A stretch of 64,000 nucleotides of DNA, from the NCBI RefSeq assembly GCF_006345805.1, contig NC_043001.1:35464001-35528000 (forward strand). The letters run 5' to 3'. Source of the stretch: Octopus sinensis (lineage: Eukaryota). Position 1 is the first letter of the stretch. Each line of letters starts with the position of its first letter. The notes under the pieces were generated by a model. The model did not search any database. It had not been told where the DNA came from and was given only the letters and a program-made list of their open reading frames with translations. The translations under genes were made by a program, and so were the position numbers. Positions 11,440 to 25,550 of this stretch are shown one piece after another.

Positions 11440-12605
11440 TAATACAGAAGAAAATTGAAAAGGAGAATATTAGTGAGCAACAAAATGTTACTCTACGGAA
11501 TCCATTCGAAAACTAAATGATTAATAAAAATAGAAATATTGATTTGTAAACACAATGTTAAAACAAACGCAAAGCTAACATACACTAGTCTCAATACAAA
11601 AAAATGACATCTGCTGATGTATAGAGCTAACATTAAAAACCCGAATTCCAAAAAGAATTGTTACCAAATGAATGCGCGGTTTCTTGGTATAACGAAGCAA
11701 CTACGAAGAGTAACATCACTTCATTCTGATGATAAGGCTATGAAAGTCTAGAAATAATGAAGTTGGTAAATGTATTAGATTTATAAGTATATTTAGGAAT
11801 TGTTGGAAACAAACTACAAGGAATTCATATTCGAAAATATGGTAAGCAATGATAAATATTATAAAATTAAATATCGTGTATTCAATACGAGACAATCTAG
11901 AAGAAAAAGATGTTCCTCATAAATACAAATGTGTGTGTGTGTGCGAGAGTGGGAGAGAGAGAGTGCATGTGTGCTGTATGTGTGTATGTTTGAATATAGA
12001 ATTATGTACGTCTGGCAATTTTTGTTCGTGAGTATGAAGATACGAGTCAGTTTTGTTCAGCAATATATTTATAAAAATGATCTACGGATGGGAGTATGTG
12101 TGTGCGCATGTATAGCTACATGTCTGTATAGGTGTGTGCTTGTGCATATAGGCGTGTATGTGTGTATAGGTATCTGTACATATTAGTATAGGTATAAACA
12201 TGTGTGTACATAAGTGTATGTATAAGTATATATGTGTGCGAGCGCGTGTATATGAGCATGTGATTATGTGTGTGAATGAGCTTGTTTGTGTGCGTGTATG
12301 TGTATTGGGCCCCTACAGGGTTAGGATAGGTTACGAAGTGCAAATCATTATCGATAAGATTGAGTGGTGATATGTCTGGACATCGATTAGAAAGTCAGTC
12401 GGAGACGGTAATATTTAGAAACGTGTCAATATAATTGTACCTGAGGTGAAGAAAGGTCAGACACAAATAGATAAACAGAACGGAATAATGGAAGGTATTA
12501 AGCGGGAAAGTGTTACAGGAGATACGTACGCGTATTGAATTGCACAGAAACAAACTGGAAGACGAACAAACCCACTACCACCACCACCACACAGACACAT
12601 ACATA

Positions 12606-12677
<72 letters not shown>

Positions 12678-12764
12678 TTATACATTATATATATACATAT
12701 ATATATATATTACATATATATATATATATAATATATATAATATAATATATATATATATATATTA

Positions 12765-12986
12765 ACATGAGAGAGAATGAGCAGAGATGGCTTTTATGAG
12801 GGGATAATTTTTATTTTAATCTTAATATTAATGTTTAAAGTGCGTTACTTCACTGTAACGCACTTTATCATTAAGATTAAAATAAAAAGTATCCCCTCAA
12901 AAAAGCTGCTCACTGTATGCATTATTAAAGTTAAAATAAAAAATATCCCCTCAAAAAAAGCCACCTCTGCTTATTCTTTCAAATGT
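12765..12986. repeat. Fold-back (long hairpin) element with partly duplicated right arm
   Basis: Perfect 13-bp inner stem 12836-12848/12855-12867 with loop TTCACT; imperfect pairing extends to the outer ends. Confidence 0.8.
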
Positions 12987-12997
12987 GTGTGTGAGTG

Positions 12998-13058
<61 letters not shown>

Positions 13059-13526
13059 ATAAATATGTGGTGGGGGAATGTAAATGCAGACATGCACCAA
13101 GCCTATATAAATATATTTAAAATGTCGGGTCTTCTTATTTGTAATAATTTCAACAACAAAATATGCACCTTGGAGTTAAATACGGTTACTAGAAATTACG
13201 TGTTAGATAATATTTTGGGAACCAGCTAACAAGAGTCGCAAATCCCGAAGTATCTGGGTTATCATACAGCATTACTTATTACTTAATTAATTGCTTTATA
13301 AGCTAACAGCGTACTGTGTAGAAATGCATGGAAAAATTCGTTTGTATGGAGCTAAGAGATGAGATTAAAGAAAAAATAGACCTAAATTTTTAGCCGATCT
13401 CAGCAATATTAGAGTTGGTTGTCTCTCTCCCTTGCTTGCACTTCTACACGATAGCGTTAGCTAACCCCACGTGTGTATGTGTGTGTGTGTGTGTGGTGTG
13501 TGTGTGTGTGTGTGTGTGTGTGTATT

Positions 13527-13605
13527 TGTGGTTAGAAGCTTGCTTCCCAACCATATGGTTCTAGGTTCAGTTCCATTACTTGACACTTTGAGTAAGTGGC
13601 TTCTA
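13527..13605 (+). mobile_element. Family B SINE head fragment
   Basis: GGTTAGAAGCTTGCTTCCCAACCATATGGTTCTAGGTTCAGT matches the family B head. Confidence 0.65.
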
Positions 13606-13760
13606 TATATACACACACATACAGTAAGCTAAGGATGGCGTGAAGGCACCAAGCGTGTTAAAAAATGCTGTTTGAATTTTTTTCGTCGTATGAAACCATT
13701 AGTACCACATAAAAACATATATTGTGTTAATTAAATAATTAGTATTTATTACTTTGTTGG

Positions 13761-14245
13761 CAATTTCTATTAGGATGAACTTGCCCAGTCCAGTATTCTA
13801 TCTTTGACAGTTATCTACCCTGCCAGTGTATATGAATGTGCTTTTACGCAACTATAAGTGGTTTGACTATTATTTCTAGCGATATATGTGTTTGTGGCAA
13901 ATACAGTCACAATTAGTGACGACTTAATGTTGCCTATACGGTTTATATTACACTCAGCTATTGTTATGCCATATGATTTGGCATTTTACTAAATCTGCTA
14001 TAAATATATATGGCAAATATATATATATGAAAGCAATGATGGCACACTTGACAATTTCCATTAGGAGTGAAGTGTGCAGTCCAGTGTTCAATCATAGGTC
14101 AGTTATCTACCCAGTCGGTATATATATAGAGATGTTTCATTACACAAATATAAGTGGTTTAACAGCTATTTCTTGCAATATATGAGCTTGTAGGACACAT
14201 GCTCATAATTAGTATCGACTAAATTTTGGTCATACGGTTTACACT
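13761..14245. repeat. Old direct duplication, period about 291 bp
   Basis: 13761-13950 vs 14052-14245 share CAGTCCAGT, CAGTTATCTACCC, TATAAGTGGTTT and ATACGGTTTA in the same order. Confidence 0.8.
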
Positions 14246-14308
14246 GGGCCCGGCTTCCGACGTTAATTCATAATACACACACATGTATGTGTGTATATAT
14301 ATATTATA

Positions 14309-14340
<32 letters not shown>

Positions 14341-14769
14341 CGTATGTGTGTGGTGTGTGTATCTGCCGTGCGCCAATGAGACGAGTCTACGGTGCACATT
14401 GTTATCTAAAAGAGAGAATTTTTTTCTCCTAAGACATACATTACAGCGCCTACCATATTTTGCGTCTGAGCCAGCCTAGATGTGTTAAGAATAAATACGA
14501 AAATATTCATTCCTGATTTCTTTTATATTTTATGTCATTTCTTTCAGTCATTCTGTCTACTATGTAGCACTGTCTCGTAGAGTTTAGTCCATTAAATCAG
14601 TTCCAGTACATGCTTTTTATTTTAAGTGCTCGTTCTTCGGTGATGGCGAGTTGTGAAACGATGAAAACAGCAGAAACACATAAACATGCACACGCACATG
14701 CAGCACACACGCCCCCAACACACTCACAAACACACGTACACACACACATATAGATACATACTAACACAC

Positions 14770-14938
14770 ACATTCGATGGGATTCTCTACAGTTTCCTTC
14801 CACCAGATTTTCCTCAGATGGCATTTATCCGCCCACAACTAAAGTAGAAGACACCTACCCAACGTGCCTTGTAATAGGATTGAACACGAAACTACATGGC
14901 TCTGAAGCGAACTTCTTAACCACACGGCAAAGCCTGCG
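14770..14938 (-). mobile_element. Degraded family B SINE
   Basis: CAGTTTCC...AGTAGAAGACACCTACCCAA...CTTAACCACACGGC. Confidence 0.65.
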
Positions 14939-16369
14939 ACTGTTCGCTAATACTTTAATTACGGTCCCACAACCGTAATTAAAACCGTAATACTTTAATT
15001 ACGGTCCCATAACCCACCTGCCTTTCGTTTCTCAACTTCCATACACTATCTCAAAAAACTAACCCTTGTATTAAACTTCTTATCTTGAATCAAATTGCAT
15101 TTGTTTCTGGGAGGAACATTTTATGCTATATTGCTCCTTGTCCACCTAGCTGTTGGGTATTTGTACCATATATTCTCTCTGAAGTTCAATACGATTGACC
15201 CCTATATTGATATATACGTTAGATCTCTAAAGGTCAAATAGTTAACTGCTACTGATCTCAGCAGCTTGTAAAATAAATATTTATTATCTAAGTATCTAAG
15301 TGTAAAGGTGGGTTTAAGTGTGTGCGTGCGGGCTTTAGTTTATATTTAAGTAGTGATATGTGTGTGTGTGTTTGTGTGTGTGTGTATGTGTGTGTGTATA
15401 TATGTGTGTGTGTGCGTGCGTGTGTGTGTGTGTGTACTTATGCACATTAATAAGCTAGATAGATATAAATACACGCTCAAAAACAGGCGCGCACTATGAG
15501 ATTTTCGAGCAATGTCCTGGTTGTGGTATAATTAGTCTAAAATAAAATGGAAGTTGTAAGTGATAGGAAATATTTAACACATTTAATATGTATGTTATCT
15601 GATGTGCAAACCCTATTTTGTAGAGATAGTGGAACGGGAAACGGAAACATAAGTAGCTGTTATATATTGGTACAAATTTAATGCTAGGGACAGAATTAAT
15701 ACGGATTCTGGATGTAATATCAACAGTAGAGTAAATTAATAAACAGGGCATGTAATACAGACAGCACAGTTAAAATAGAGAAAATACGTTTAAGAAAGAA
15801 AGTACAGTCTTTACTAAATAGCGTGTGCAGGTACATTATGTAGAAAAATAATGTTGCTTAGACATTTCTACAGTGACAATCCCGTCTTCTTTTCGTACAG
15901 TATATTGAGGACTGCAGAACCGATTGTGTCCTTCCAACATTTTAAGATGACAGAATGTAGTTTGAATGAAATTTTGTGGCGATTTCTAGCATGCCAGACC
16001 AGCACATAAATCTCCTCGTGGGTTCGATGTTGCTAAATAGGAATTAGCTGGAACTGGTTTCGTAATGAGGCGTGAGAAGCACCAGTCAACTCTCCCTCAT
16101 TTTAAGCATATTCAGAATGAGAAGAGGATACAAAAATCAAGCATCAAAATTCTCTTTAATGGATATACCATTAAATATTGCATGGTATTTAAATATACAT
16201 TTATTCCCTTTGTTTTCGAGATTCATACCAGTAGGGACGCTAGGCTATTTCTTTTAACGCATTTTTGTTTTAATTGCTCAAATTAACTTAAGGCATAAAT
16301 GTACTCTTTGCATGTGTCTACCTCCTTTGTCAGTTGAAGTCGCAGAAAGACGATGTATCTAATGGCTAT

Positions 16370-16603
16370 AAAAGTAAAGTTCCTTTCCGTGTCGTGTTTC
16401 CAGGTTTCCCAGCTTCCATGGCGTATAAATTCCCTACCTCGACCAGACGCCGGATTACTCATTTTTGCCAGCTGAGTGGACTAGAACAACTTGAAACGAA
16501 GTAGTTTTACTCGAGAACACAACCTGCTGCCCGATCCAGGAAGCGTAACAATAATCTTAAAATCATGAGTCTAACAGCCTAAAAGCTAAGACACGCGCCT
16601 CCA
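16370..16603 (-). mobile_element. Family C SINE (Meta/V-like core), degraded
   Basis: TTACTCATTTTTGCCAGCTGAGTGGACT core; head ends CACGCGCCTCCAC. Confidence 0.75.
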
Positions 16604-17259
16604 CATCTAATGGCTATACTGAGGCAGAAACACGTGTCACTGGTTGTCTCTGTACAATCAGATTGTCCTTTCCTCAATGGCATGCCAACGCTGGAGAACT
16701 CTTGATTCTCGATTTCACCTCCCATTCAAATTCGTAGTTATTCTCAATTCCCACCAGGCCATTGTTTTATCTTCTCTTCGAGCATGGATAAATTCATTTA
16801 CCAGAAATTAATCTAGCATGTTATTTAATATACTATCATCTGTGTTAGTCGTTCAAATTCATGCAGGGGAAAACAGATATTTCACTTTGCTCACTTTCGT
16901 TGTTTACAGAAACACACACACGTTCGTGTGCGCATACACACATACACACTAACACACACACACAGACATGCAGATAATGCATTATTACATTCGACCATGT
17001 ACATACACACATACATTTATAAGAGACGAGACAATATACAGAAATGCCAATCCTTTGGCGGAATATTACTCGGCGGAAGACCGCGTTACCGATTACAGAG
17101 TAGGGTACATCCAAATCCATTACATATCTATATAAATCATGCATTTGAATCAAATTGTCTTGATATTTTTATAAATGTGCTAGTTTTCTCTCAATATCTT
17201 AGTAAAAAAAAAAGAACAAAACAAGTTACGAAATACATTTCATTATTGTGTGTTATATA

Positions 17260-17922
17260 AGGCGGCGAGCTGGCAGAATCGTTAGCACGCCGGGCGAAAT
17301 GCTTAGCGGTATTTCGTCTGCCGCTACGATCTGAGTTCAAATTCCGCCGAGGTGGACTTTGCCTTTCATCCTTTCGGGGTCGATTAAATAAGTACCAGTT
17401 ACGCACTGGGGTCGATATAATCGACTTAATCCGTTTGTCTGTTCTTGTTTGTCCTCTCTGTAAGTACCAGTTACGCACTGGGGTCGATATAATCAACTTA
17501 ATCCGTTTGTCTGTTCTTGTTTGTCCACTCTGTGTTTAGCCCCTTGTGGGTAGTAAAGAAATAGGTACTTGTCTGTCTTTACGTTCTGAGTTCAAATTCC
17601 GCCGATTTCGACATTGTCTTTCATCCTTTCGGAGTCGATAAATTAACTAACAGTTTCGTACTGGAGTCTATCTACTCAACTGGACCCATCCCCCGAAATT
17701 TCGGGCCTTGTGTCTAGAGTAGAAAAGAATCGTTAGCACACTAAGCTAAATGCTTATCGGTATTTCGTCTGCCGCTACGTTCTGAGTTCAAATACCGCTG
17801 AGGTCGACTTTGCTTTTGATCTTTTCGGGGTCGATAAATTAAGTACCAGTCAAATACTGGGGTCGATGTAATCGATTAGTCCCCGCCCTAAAATTTCAGG
17901 CCTTGTGCCTATAGTAGAAAAG
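17260..17922 (+). mobile_element. Family A SINE heteromultimer flanked by an 18-bp TSD
   Basis: Three cores, two tail types; ATTATTGTGTGTTATATA at 17242-17259 vs ATTATTGTGTGCTATATA at 17923-17940. Confidence 0.9.
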
Positions 17923-18153
17923 ATTATTGTGTGCTATATACGCTAATGTCAAAACAGAAATAAACGCCAACATCGAATCGTCTTTTATGAGAAGCAATAC
18001 ATCCTGGGGTCAAATAATGATTGATTTAGCTATTCAGAGTTTGAACACCAGATTATATTGGATATTAAATGAAACATCTTGATTCACAAAGAAAAAGAAA
18101 TAAAGTCCCATTTGTGGGGTCAGAAAACTATAGCGCATACCGGGTGAGTGCAT

Positions 18154-18212
<59 letters not shown>

Positions 18213-18221
18213 GTCTCTCTG

Positions 18222-18260
<39 letters not shown>

Positions 18261-19499
18261 GTTTATACATACATATGTTTGTGCGTGTGCGTATCTAAAT
18301 ATTTACATGTATATACATATGTTTGTGTATGTATGTATGTGTGCGTGTCAATGTGTGCATTTGTATAATATGATATATTACATTTTGCAGGTGCTTGTGT
18401 GAGCTTAATATTATTCAGAAGTAGTGAGCAAAAATGCGTGGGTATGTGTTGATGTTAATACATTTTTATATAAAATCAACAAAATAAAAACCTGATTAAA
18501 AAGCCAAAAAATTCTATAACGAAATTCGGATATATTACACGGAATATTTAAGAAGAGAGACATATTTTGTATCACTAACATTTACATCTGTTGAAACAAT
18601 ATCTAACATATATGAATTTGTATCAGGAAACCAAATAACATTTAAGCTCGTAGTATTAAAACTCGATCCGCTACACTTCCGTTCCAAATGCATATTAACA
18701 ATACTTGCAACAGGAAACGAAAGAAAGAAAAATGGTTTGCTTTAAAAGAGTCAGGCTGCGAAATCGAAGGCATGTAGCATCTCAATGTGAATTCTTCTAT
18801 GAAAGCTACGCTAATTCATACGATGTTGTTGGAACCAGATTATATAAATTGTGACTTTTTTGTTTAGTCTAGCCAAAATAACATTTCAAGTAACAGTACC
18901 ATTGAATTATGTCTAGTTATACATATATACGTTGGCATAAAAATGTGTGTGTGTATGTATATATATATATATATATATAATATATATAGTGTGTGTGTGT
19001 GTGTCTGCTTATGTGTATTTATCAATATATGCATATATGTATGCGTGTATGTATGTATATATATGTATATATATATATATATACATATATATCTGTGTGT
19101 GTCTGTTTATGTGTATTTATCAATATGTGCATATATTTATATCCATATATATATATACATACATGCACACACATATGCATATACATACATATGTATATAT
19201 GAATATACATATCAAATAGCATAAAATTCTTTATTTATAAAGACTATTCCCGCATCTGTAGAGGGTATGTTACAATTCGTAAACGGCAAATGAGATCAGC
19301 TCCGTACGAGAAGTTAAAATAATCTGAAAGAGGAAGAATTCCACAAAGTTGATATGCAATTAAGGAAAAGAACTGTCACATTGTCTGGAGATAAGTGGAC
19401 AGTCGGTGACAGGTGCTTTTACCTTACGATGAATCATTAGCACAACAATTTTCGTACTTAACTCCTGCTGTCAAGGGACATAGTTTTCCGGAAAAAAAG

Positions 19500-20480
19500 A
19501 CCACATTTGTCATGTAGGGGCTGTATTGAGGCTGCTCTGTCGTGGCTCATTTCTTTCCAGTCTCTAATAACTCCGTTATATGTGACCCAATATTCCTTCT
19601 GTATATTAACGGCGTGCTCGCTCTCTCTTCTATTAATTCATAACCGTATGTATGTGATATCACTGCAAGCCCTGACTGCACAGATGTATCATTCAGACCT
19701 GACAAGAAACATTTCACACAAGATCTGCGCTCTCTCAATAAACAACTACTCCCAAAGCATCTCCAACGTGGATATATAAAATTGTATCATACAAAACCTC
19801 GAATTCAAAATCGTGTTATATACAAGAAACAATTTTGTATCGCATCCACTCTGACAACACACAATTAAAGCTCTGAATGTATTTACGATGCTGCGAAAAC
19901 CAAATGCATACCATAACATTTACTCTTTTTTTATCATTTTGTCAGAACATATTTCGGGGCAGATTAGTTGCTGATCTTCTTAAAACTTACGGATAAACCG
20001 CTGTCGGTGTGTTGCTCTTCTTTTGAGTACATGCTGCTGCGAACAGACTCATATACACACCCTAAACAACAGTTGTGGGAAAACTATTCGGTTGATTGAT
20101 ATATATACACACCATGATGCACCATTAATAACTATGTCTAGTACACATAGTTGTTTCATCTCCCGGCTTCGCCGATCGTTACTAGGGTATCTTTTGTTCC
20201 TGAAATAACTTGACTGTACATCGCACTTATTTCTGTTCCTTTTCCTAACTTAGTCTCCCTAATAAATACAACTTTCTACAATTCATTTCGATATCTTCTG
20301 ATAGGTGCTTAAAGTTCTTGTGATTCACCAGTTAGGACTTGGCAAAGTCCACAGGATCTGCTCTTCCATTTCTGATAAATCATTACTAAAAGTATAAACA
20401 TCGAATCGCTGGTGACAGCATGCCAGCCACTTGTTCTCGTGTGCTTTTCTGTTAGATTGTCCAAGATATTTTTCTTTTTT
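19500..20480 (-). pseudogene. Possible heavily decayed RTE-type LINE ORF remnant
   Basis: Broken minus-strand peptides IVESCIY*GD*V (cf. VDSFxYLGDxV), LCVLDIVINGASW (cf. CVxxxMLHGSETW) and SCVKC in the expected order; many stops. Confidence 0.35.
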
Positions 20481-20973
20481 CAGTGTTGCAAGCGAACTAA
20501 TGTCTGCTAGTAAGTTGCTTTATTCTGGACCACCCATCTCAGACAGTTATAAACATTTAAAACAGATAAGTTTACCAATGAGAAAAAGTGAACGCAGCTT
20601 TTTGAAATTATAATGCTGAGTTCAAATAGTAGAATATTTTCCAGTTGGAAAATACTGTGCTTCGTCAGAATAATTCTGCATGTATGCATTAAATAAAGCC
20701 AACATTTTCAGTGGTGATTTTCTTGACGTCATGAGTCATACGGTTCCTATGACAGCCATGAATATAATCCATCTTTCTTGATAAAAAAAAAACTAATAAA
20801 ATAAATGAGCCATTTGATTTACAACCGCCCATTTAGATATCTTCAAAAAGTGAACTGATCTATGAGAAATATAACACAAAAGCGAAAGCAACTATATTTT
20901 CGAATCTAGAATAGATATTATATATAAGAAATGTTTCAACGTGTAATCACTTTTATTATTTCCTGTCTTTCGC

Positions 20974-21651
20974 AACTACCTCTAGTAAAATGAAGATAAT
21001 CTGTTATCATATAGACATCAAGGCGTAGTTAAATCCTCAAAAATAATAAAACAAAATAAACGTAAAGCAAACCACAATGACACCTAAATAATTTTGAGTA
21101 TCCATTTTCAATCCTCCGAAATGCCAACACCATTATCTGATATAGAGCTTATTAGATATATTCTTTTGTTATATTCGTGGGTGGTTTAGCTCACTTACGT
21201 GAAGTTACATGTGTATGAAAGCAAATATGCTTACGTAAATGATATCTCATTGTTCTGTTTTAGTTTTCCTTATTGTTTGATCGTTTGAAATATGAACATG
21301 GGAAATATGAAGGGAATGCCTACCTGGCAGCTGGTAAACTAGCCGGTTGTATGGGGAACGGGATCAGATCTCCTAATAAATATATCAAAAGAAATATATC
21401 AGATCTCCTAATAGATATATCAAAAGAGTCAGACTTTTGCTTTTGCATGTTACTTCGTACGCCACGAATCTCTACGTGGTCGCATGACTGCTAAAAATAA
21501 AAGTCAAATCTCTTCAAAGAACACCCAAAAATTTTGAATACGTTGAACAATGATATAAAAAAAATGAATACAGGTCTCTCATACCACCCAGTGTATTTGT
21601 CAATTTATCAATAGTAAAACATTACTATTCTAAAATCCTGTCCTCTTTCCT

Positions 21652-21682
<31 letters not shown>

Positions 21683-21807
21683 CTCTTCTCTCTTTTTCTT
21701 TCTTTTTCTCTCTCTCTCATTCACTCACTCTCCTTCTTTCTTTCTCTGTGCTACTCTTTTTATTTACATATTTATTATCATATATCATCTATTATTATCT
21801 ATCTATC

Positions 21808-21890
<83 letters not shown>

Positions 21891-22605
21891 TCTATCTATT
21901 TATCTGTCTGTCAGTCTGTCTATTTATCTATCTCTTCCTTTATTTATCTTCATACCTAGATATTCCTCTGTCTACTAATCGATTAAACTATGTGCCCACC
22001 TTTCAATGTTCCTAACCAAATACTTATCTACAAATCCCGTCCAGCTACCCAACTAGCCAGGTACTTGTCTCTCTCTCTCTCTCTGTCTGTCTGAATATCT
22101 CCCTAGTCCTGTCACCTCATCTTTCTACACAATTCAGCATTTAAAATATAAACCGGCAACAAGACATCTCTCATCTGTTATACACGCTAAGTGTTTCGAC
22201 ATCGCGCCATTTTGTTATATTTTTTTCTTATAAGTATTATTTTTACATATGAATGCAACAACAATTTAATACTCACTTCCTAAAAACGTTACTTGAGATA
22301 CTCTAACACATTAGAATCATTTAAAAATTGTATACAGAATAACAGATACTGAAAAAAAAGAAGAAAGAAATATAAATTTTTTTTAAAGAATGAAACATTT
22401 TTAGCTAAAAATATACTTAGCATTTTTGCATACTATTATACTCCCATAACTACCTCTAGTAAAATAAAGATAATCTGTTATCATATAGACATCAAGGCGT
22501 AGTTAAATCCTCAAAAATAATAAAACAAAATAAACGTAAAGCAAAACACAATGAGACCTAAATAATTTTGAGTATCCATTTTCAATCCTCCGAAATGCCA
22601 ACACC
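20974..22605. repeat. 158-bp direct repeat pair (20974-21131 and 22448-22605)
   Basis: Three mismatches in 158 bp, offset 1474 bp. Confidence 0.95.
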
Positions 22606-22608
22606 CAA

Positions 22609-22712
22609 GGATATAGTAGAAGACACTTGCCCAAGGTGCCACGCAGTGGGAATGAACCCGGAACCATGTGGTTGGTAAGCAAGCTACTTACCACACAGCC
22701 ACTCCTGCGCCT
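22609..22712 (-). mobile_element. Family B SINE head, truncated
   Basis: AGTAGAAGACACTTGCCCAAGGTGCCACGCAGTGGG...CACTCCTGCGCCT. Confidence 0.9.
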
Positions 22713-23304
22713 ATATATATATTTTCACATTAGAATTTTCTATTGAGAGAACTGGCACAGTGTGTGTCACATACATCCGTAAATATGACTCTCCGAGCTT
22801 CAGTTTACCAAAGTTCTTTCTCCTCTTGTCACGGTTGTAGCTAAATGACATGGCGGCCTGAAAGCTTGCTTGGTAGCTTGAATACTTTCTATTTTAGGTC
22901 CTTTTGGACGGGGATGATGGGGTAGGGGTCACACAACAACAACAATGACGATAACGACAACAACAACACTACCAGCAACAAGAACATCACAGACAACAAT
23001 AGCAATAACCATGACATCGACGAGAACAAAGAGAACGAGAACATACCTGTACACATGTTATAAGAGAAATGCATGAAATAAAAGCAATTGGCAGGGATAT
23101 AAAATCAGCCATTCAATTGAAGGGGTTGTAATCAAATTATTATTATTATTATTATTATTATTATTTATTATATATATATATATATATATAGTGTAGAGTG
23201 TTTGGTCGACCGTCCTTCTTTTGGCTGGCTGCAAATTTCGATACAACAGTAATGACAGACTTCATTTATCATTGCGATTAACATTTCCGCTAAACGGCCG
23301 CGGC

Positions 23305-23460
23305 CATCACCATCACTACCACCACCACCGCCGGCGCCCCATCATCATCACTATCGTCGTCGTCGTCGTCATCATCATCATCATCATCATCATCCATCAT
23401 CATCATCATCACCACCACCACCATCATCATCCTCAACATCATCATCTTTATCATCATCAC
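23305..23460. repeat. Degenerate (CAT/CAC/CGT)n trinucleotide repeat
   Basis: Visible directly; source of the poly-H/D/I pseudo-ORFs. Confidence 0.9.
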
Positions 23461-23515
23461 CAGAACATACTTGACATAAACGGATAAAACTGTAGAACTC
23501 TGCAATCATATACAA

Positions 23516-23555
<40 letters not shown>

Positions 23556-24284
23556 GCTTATACATAATTATATACATATAAACACACGTATACTTACAGT
23601 TTTATTCACATTAAATAGAACGCGTGTATGTATGATCATAGAAGTGTGTGCTTGACTTTGTGATATATGTGTGTGTGTGTGTGTGTGGTGTGTGTGTGTG
23701 TGGATACATGTATGTATAATCGGATTTCAAGGAACCTGCCAGATGTTCTTATGATATACTTTCTTGGCTTGCTACTCTGCACAAGACAAATTCACAAAGA
23801 CAAGCCTTGTTGTATTTTTCTTACATGTGACAAACACCATGTCGTGACCAAATTTCTCTCGGGTCATTTGAGTTCAGAAGAGACGTTGACGAAATACACT
23901 TCCAATCAAATACCGACGATTGCTTCAGATCTCATACACAACTTGACGTTTGGGTTAAATGTTGTGAGGCTTTATTTCGTTTACAGTTTTTATTAGTGTT
24001 ATAGTTCTTATTATTTTATGTAGAATTATTTTCTAATTATCGTAGTCACGAATTGGTCCGCTCATAGTACTCGCTTTTGTTTTTGTCTTTTTCTTTTCTT
24101 GGCTATGTATTTATCGCTTGGTACAAAACGTCTTTTGGAAAATAAAGTTATCTTCAAGAGATGTTTAACCAGCCTCCTAAGTTAATCTTCTCAGTAGACT
24201 ATATACTTAGAACATATAGCTGTTTGCTTATTGCCTGCCTTCGGATATTTCTGTATTGAATATCATCTTAGAGTGTGATGCTGC

Positions 24285-24405
24285 AACCTCATTTATCGAC
24301 CTGAGAGTGATAGACGACAATGTTGATTTTGGCAGGATTTAAGCTCAGTACACAGAATGCCGGAATAAATTCTGCAGTGTATCCTATCCTACGTTTTAAC
24401 GACTA
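24285..24405 (-). mobile_element. Degraded family A SINE
   Basis: ATTTATCGACCTGA...GGCAGGATTTAAGCTCAG. Confidence 0.5.
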
Positions 24406-25489
24406 CAATGGCAATAAGAAATAGACTTGCAGCGAGGAAGCAACAATATCAAACTGAATGATACTATTATTATTATAATTCATTTAAAGCACACTAAAGA
24501 ATCGTCATTAAAATGAAGTTGTATAATTTTATATTTAGAGTGTTCGTGTGAAAGCTTTCGCAAAAATCACAGTCTCAGGAGGAAAATTCATGTTATAAGC
24601 AATATATGGGGAAATGTTGAACTGCATCGTGAAAAATTTTATCGGACTGTACAATTAGTGCTTCTGTATCGTTCATAGGTCACTAAGAACTCACGTTCTT
24701 ATATGTAAATAGCAATAATAAATTTGCTGGCGTGTGCAAAGCGTCGTCAAATTGGAATTGCACAGTAGGCAAATATGATTGACATAAAGTTGCTTACATT
24801 TATATTTAACTCGTTCATTATAGTAAAACTTAAAACAACTCTCACTGCTATAACTATCTCAGAAGAAAAATCCGTACGAAAACACCACGTTAGTCGAATT
24901 TGATAAAGCTTTGCATACAACAGAAAATTTAGTATTCGCTGTTAAATATAAGAAGTGTTATACAACTGAGAATTCACTACACTATTCGCTGTGTAGGTAT
25001 AAGAAATTACATCAGAGATTCAGTGTCTATAGCTGATGAAACAGGAAAACGTGACTTACAGTCAGGTAATGCCATTAATATCCCAGCCGAGTGTGTTTTC
25101 ACGTATAATGTCTATAAAGAGTTTTTCATTTTTTGGTTCTTTTCGAATATTTTCTGCAGTGTTTCGGTGCATGCGAGCGCATTAAATATAACTGTACGCA
25201 GCTTCATTTATAACATTTAGGAAATAGGCGGAATAACAACAAGCATGATTTTATAACTCTAAGTATTATCAAAGCTTACATATTCTTCTTGATAACATTG
25301 CAGAAGAACCAGAATTTTCATCGATCAAGAGAACATTTCTTATATCAATATGTACACCAATAAATTTTCACTGCATTTCTTTCTCTTTCTCTCTCTTTTC
25401 CCCGTCTCACCCTCCCGACTGTCTTTCTCTATCTACATATCCATCCATCCATCCATCCTCCATCCATCCATCCATCCATCTATCTATCC

Positions 25490-25550
<61 letters not shown>

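Noticed and set aside
21363-21427. 35-bp-period direct repeat
   Set aside because: Two copies only, simple slippage; not a CRISPR array.
22900-23060. Acceptor-like TTTTAG followed by Asn/Thr-rich frames
   Set aside because: All frames stop shortly after the acceptor; the remainder is a degenerate (AAC)n repeat.
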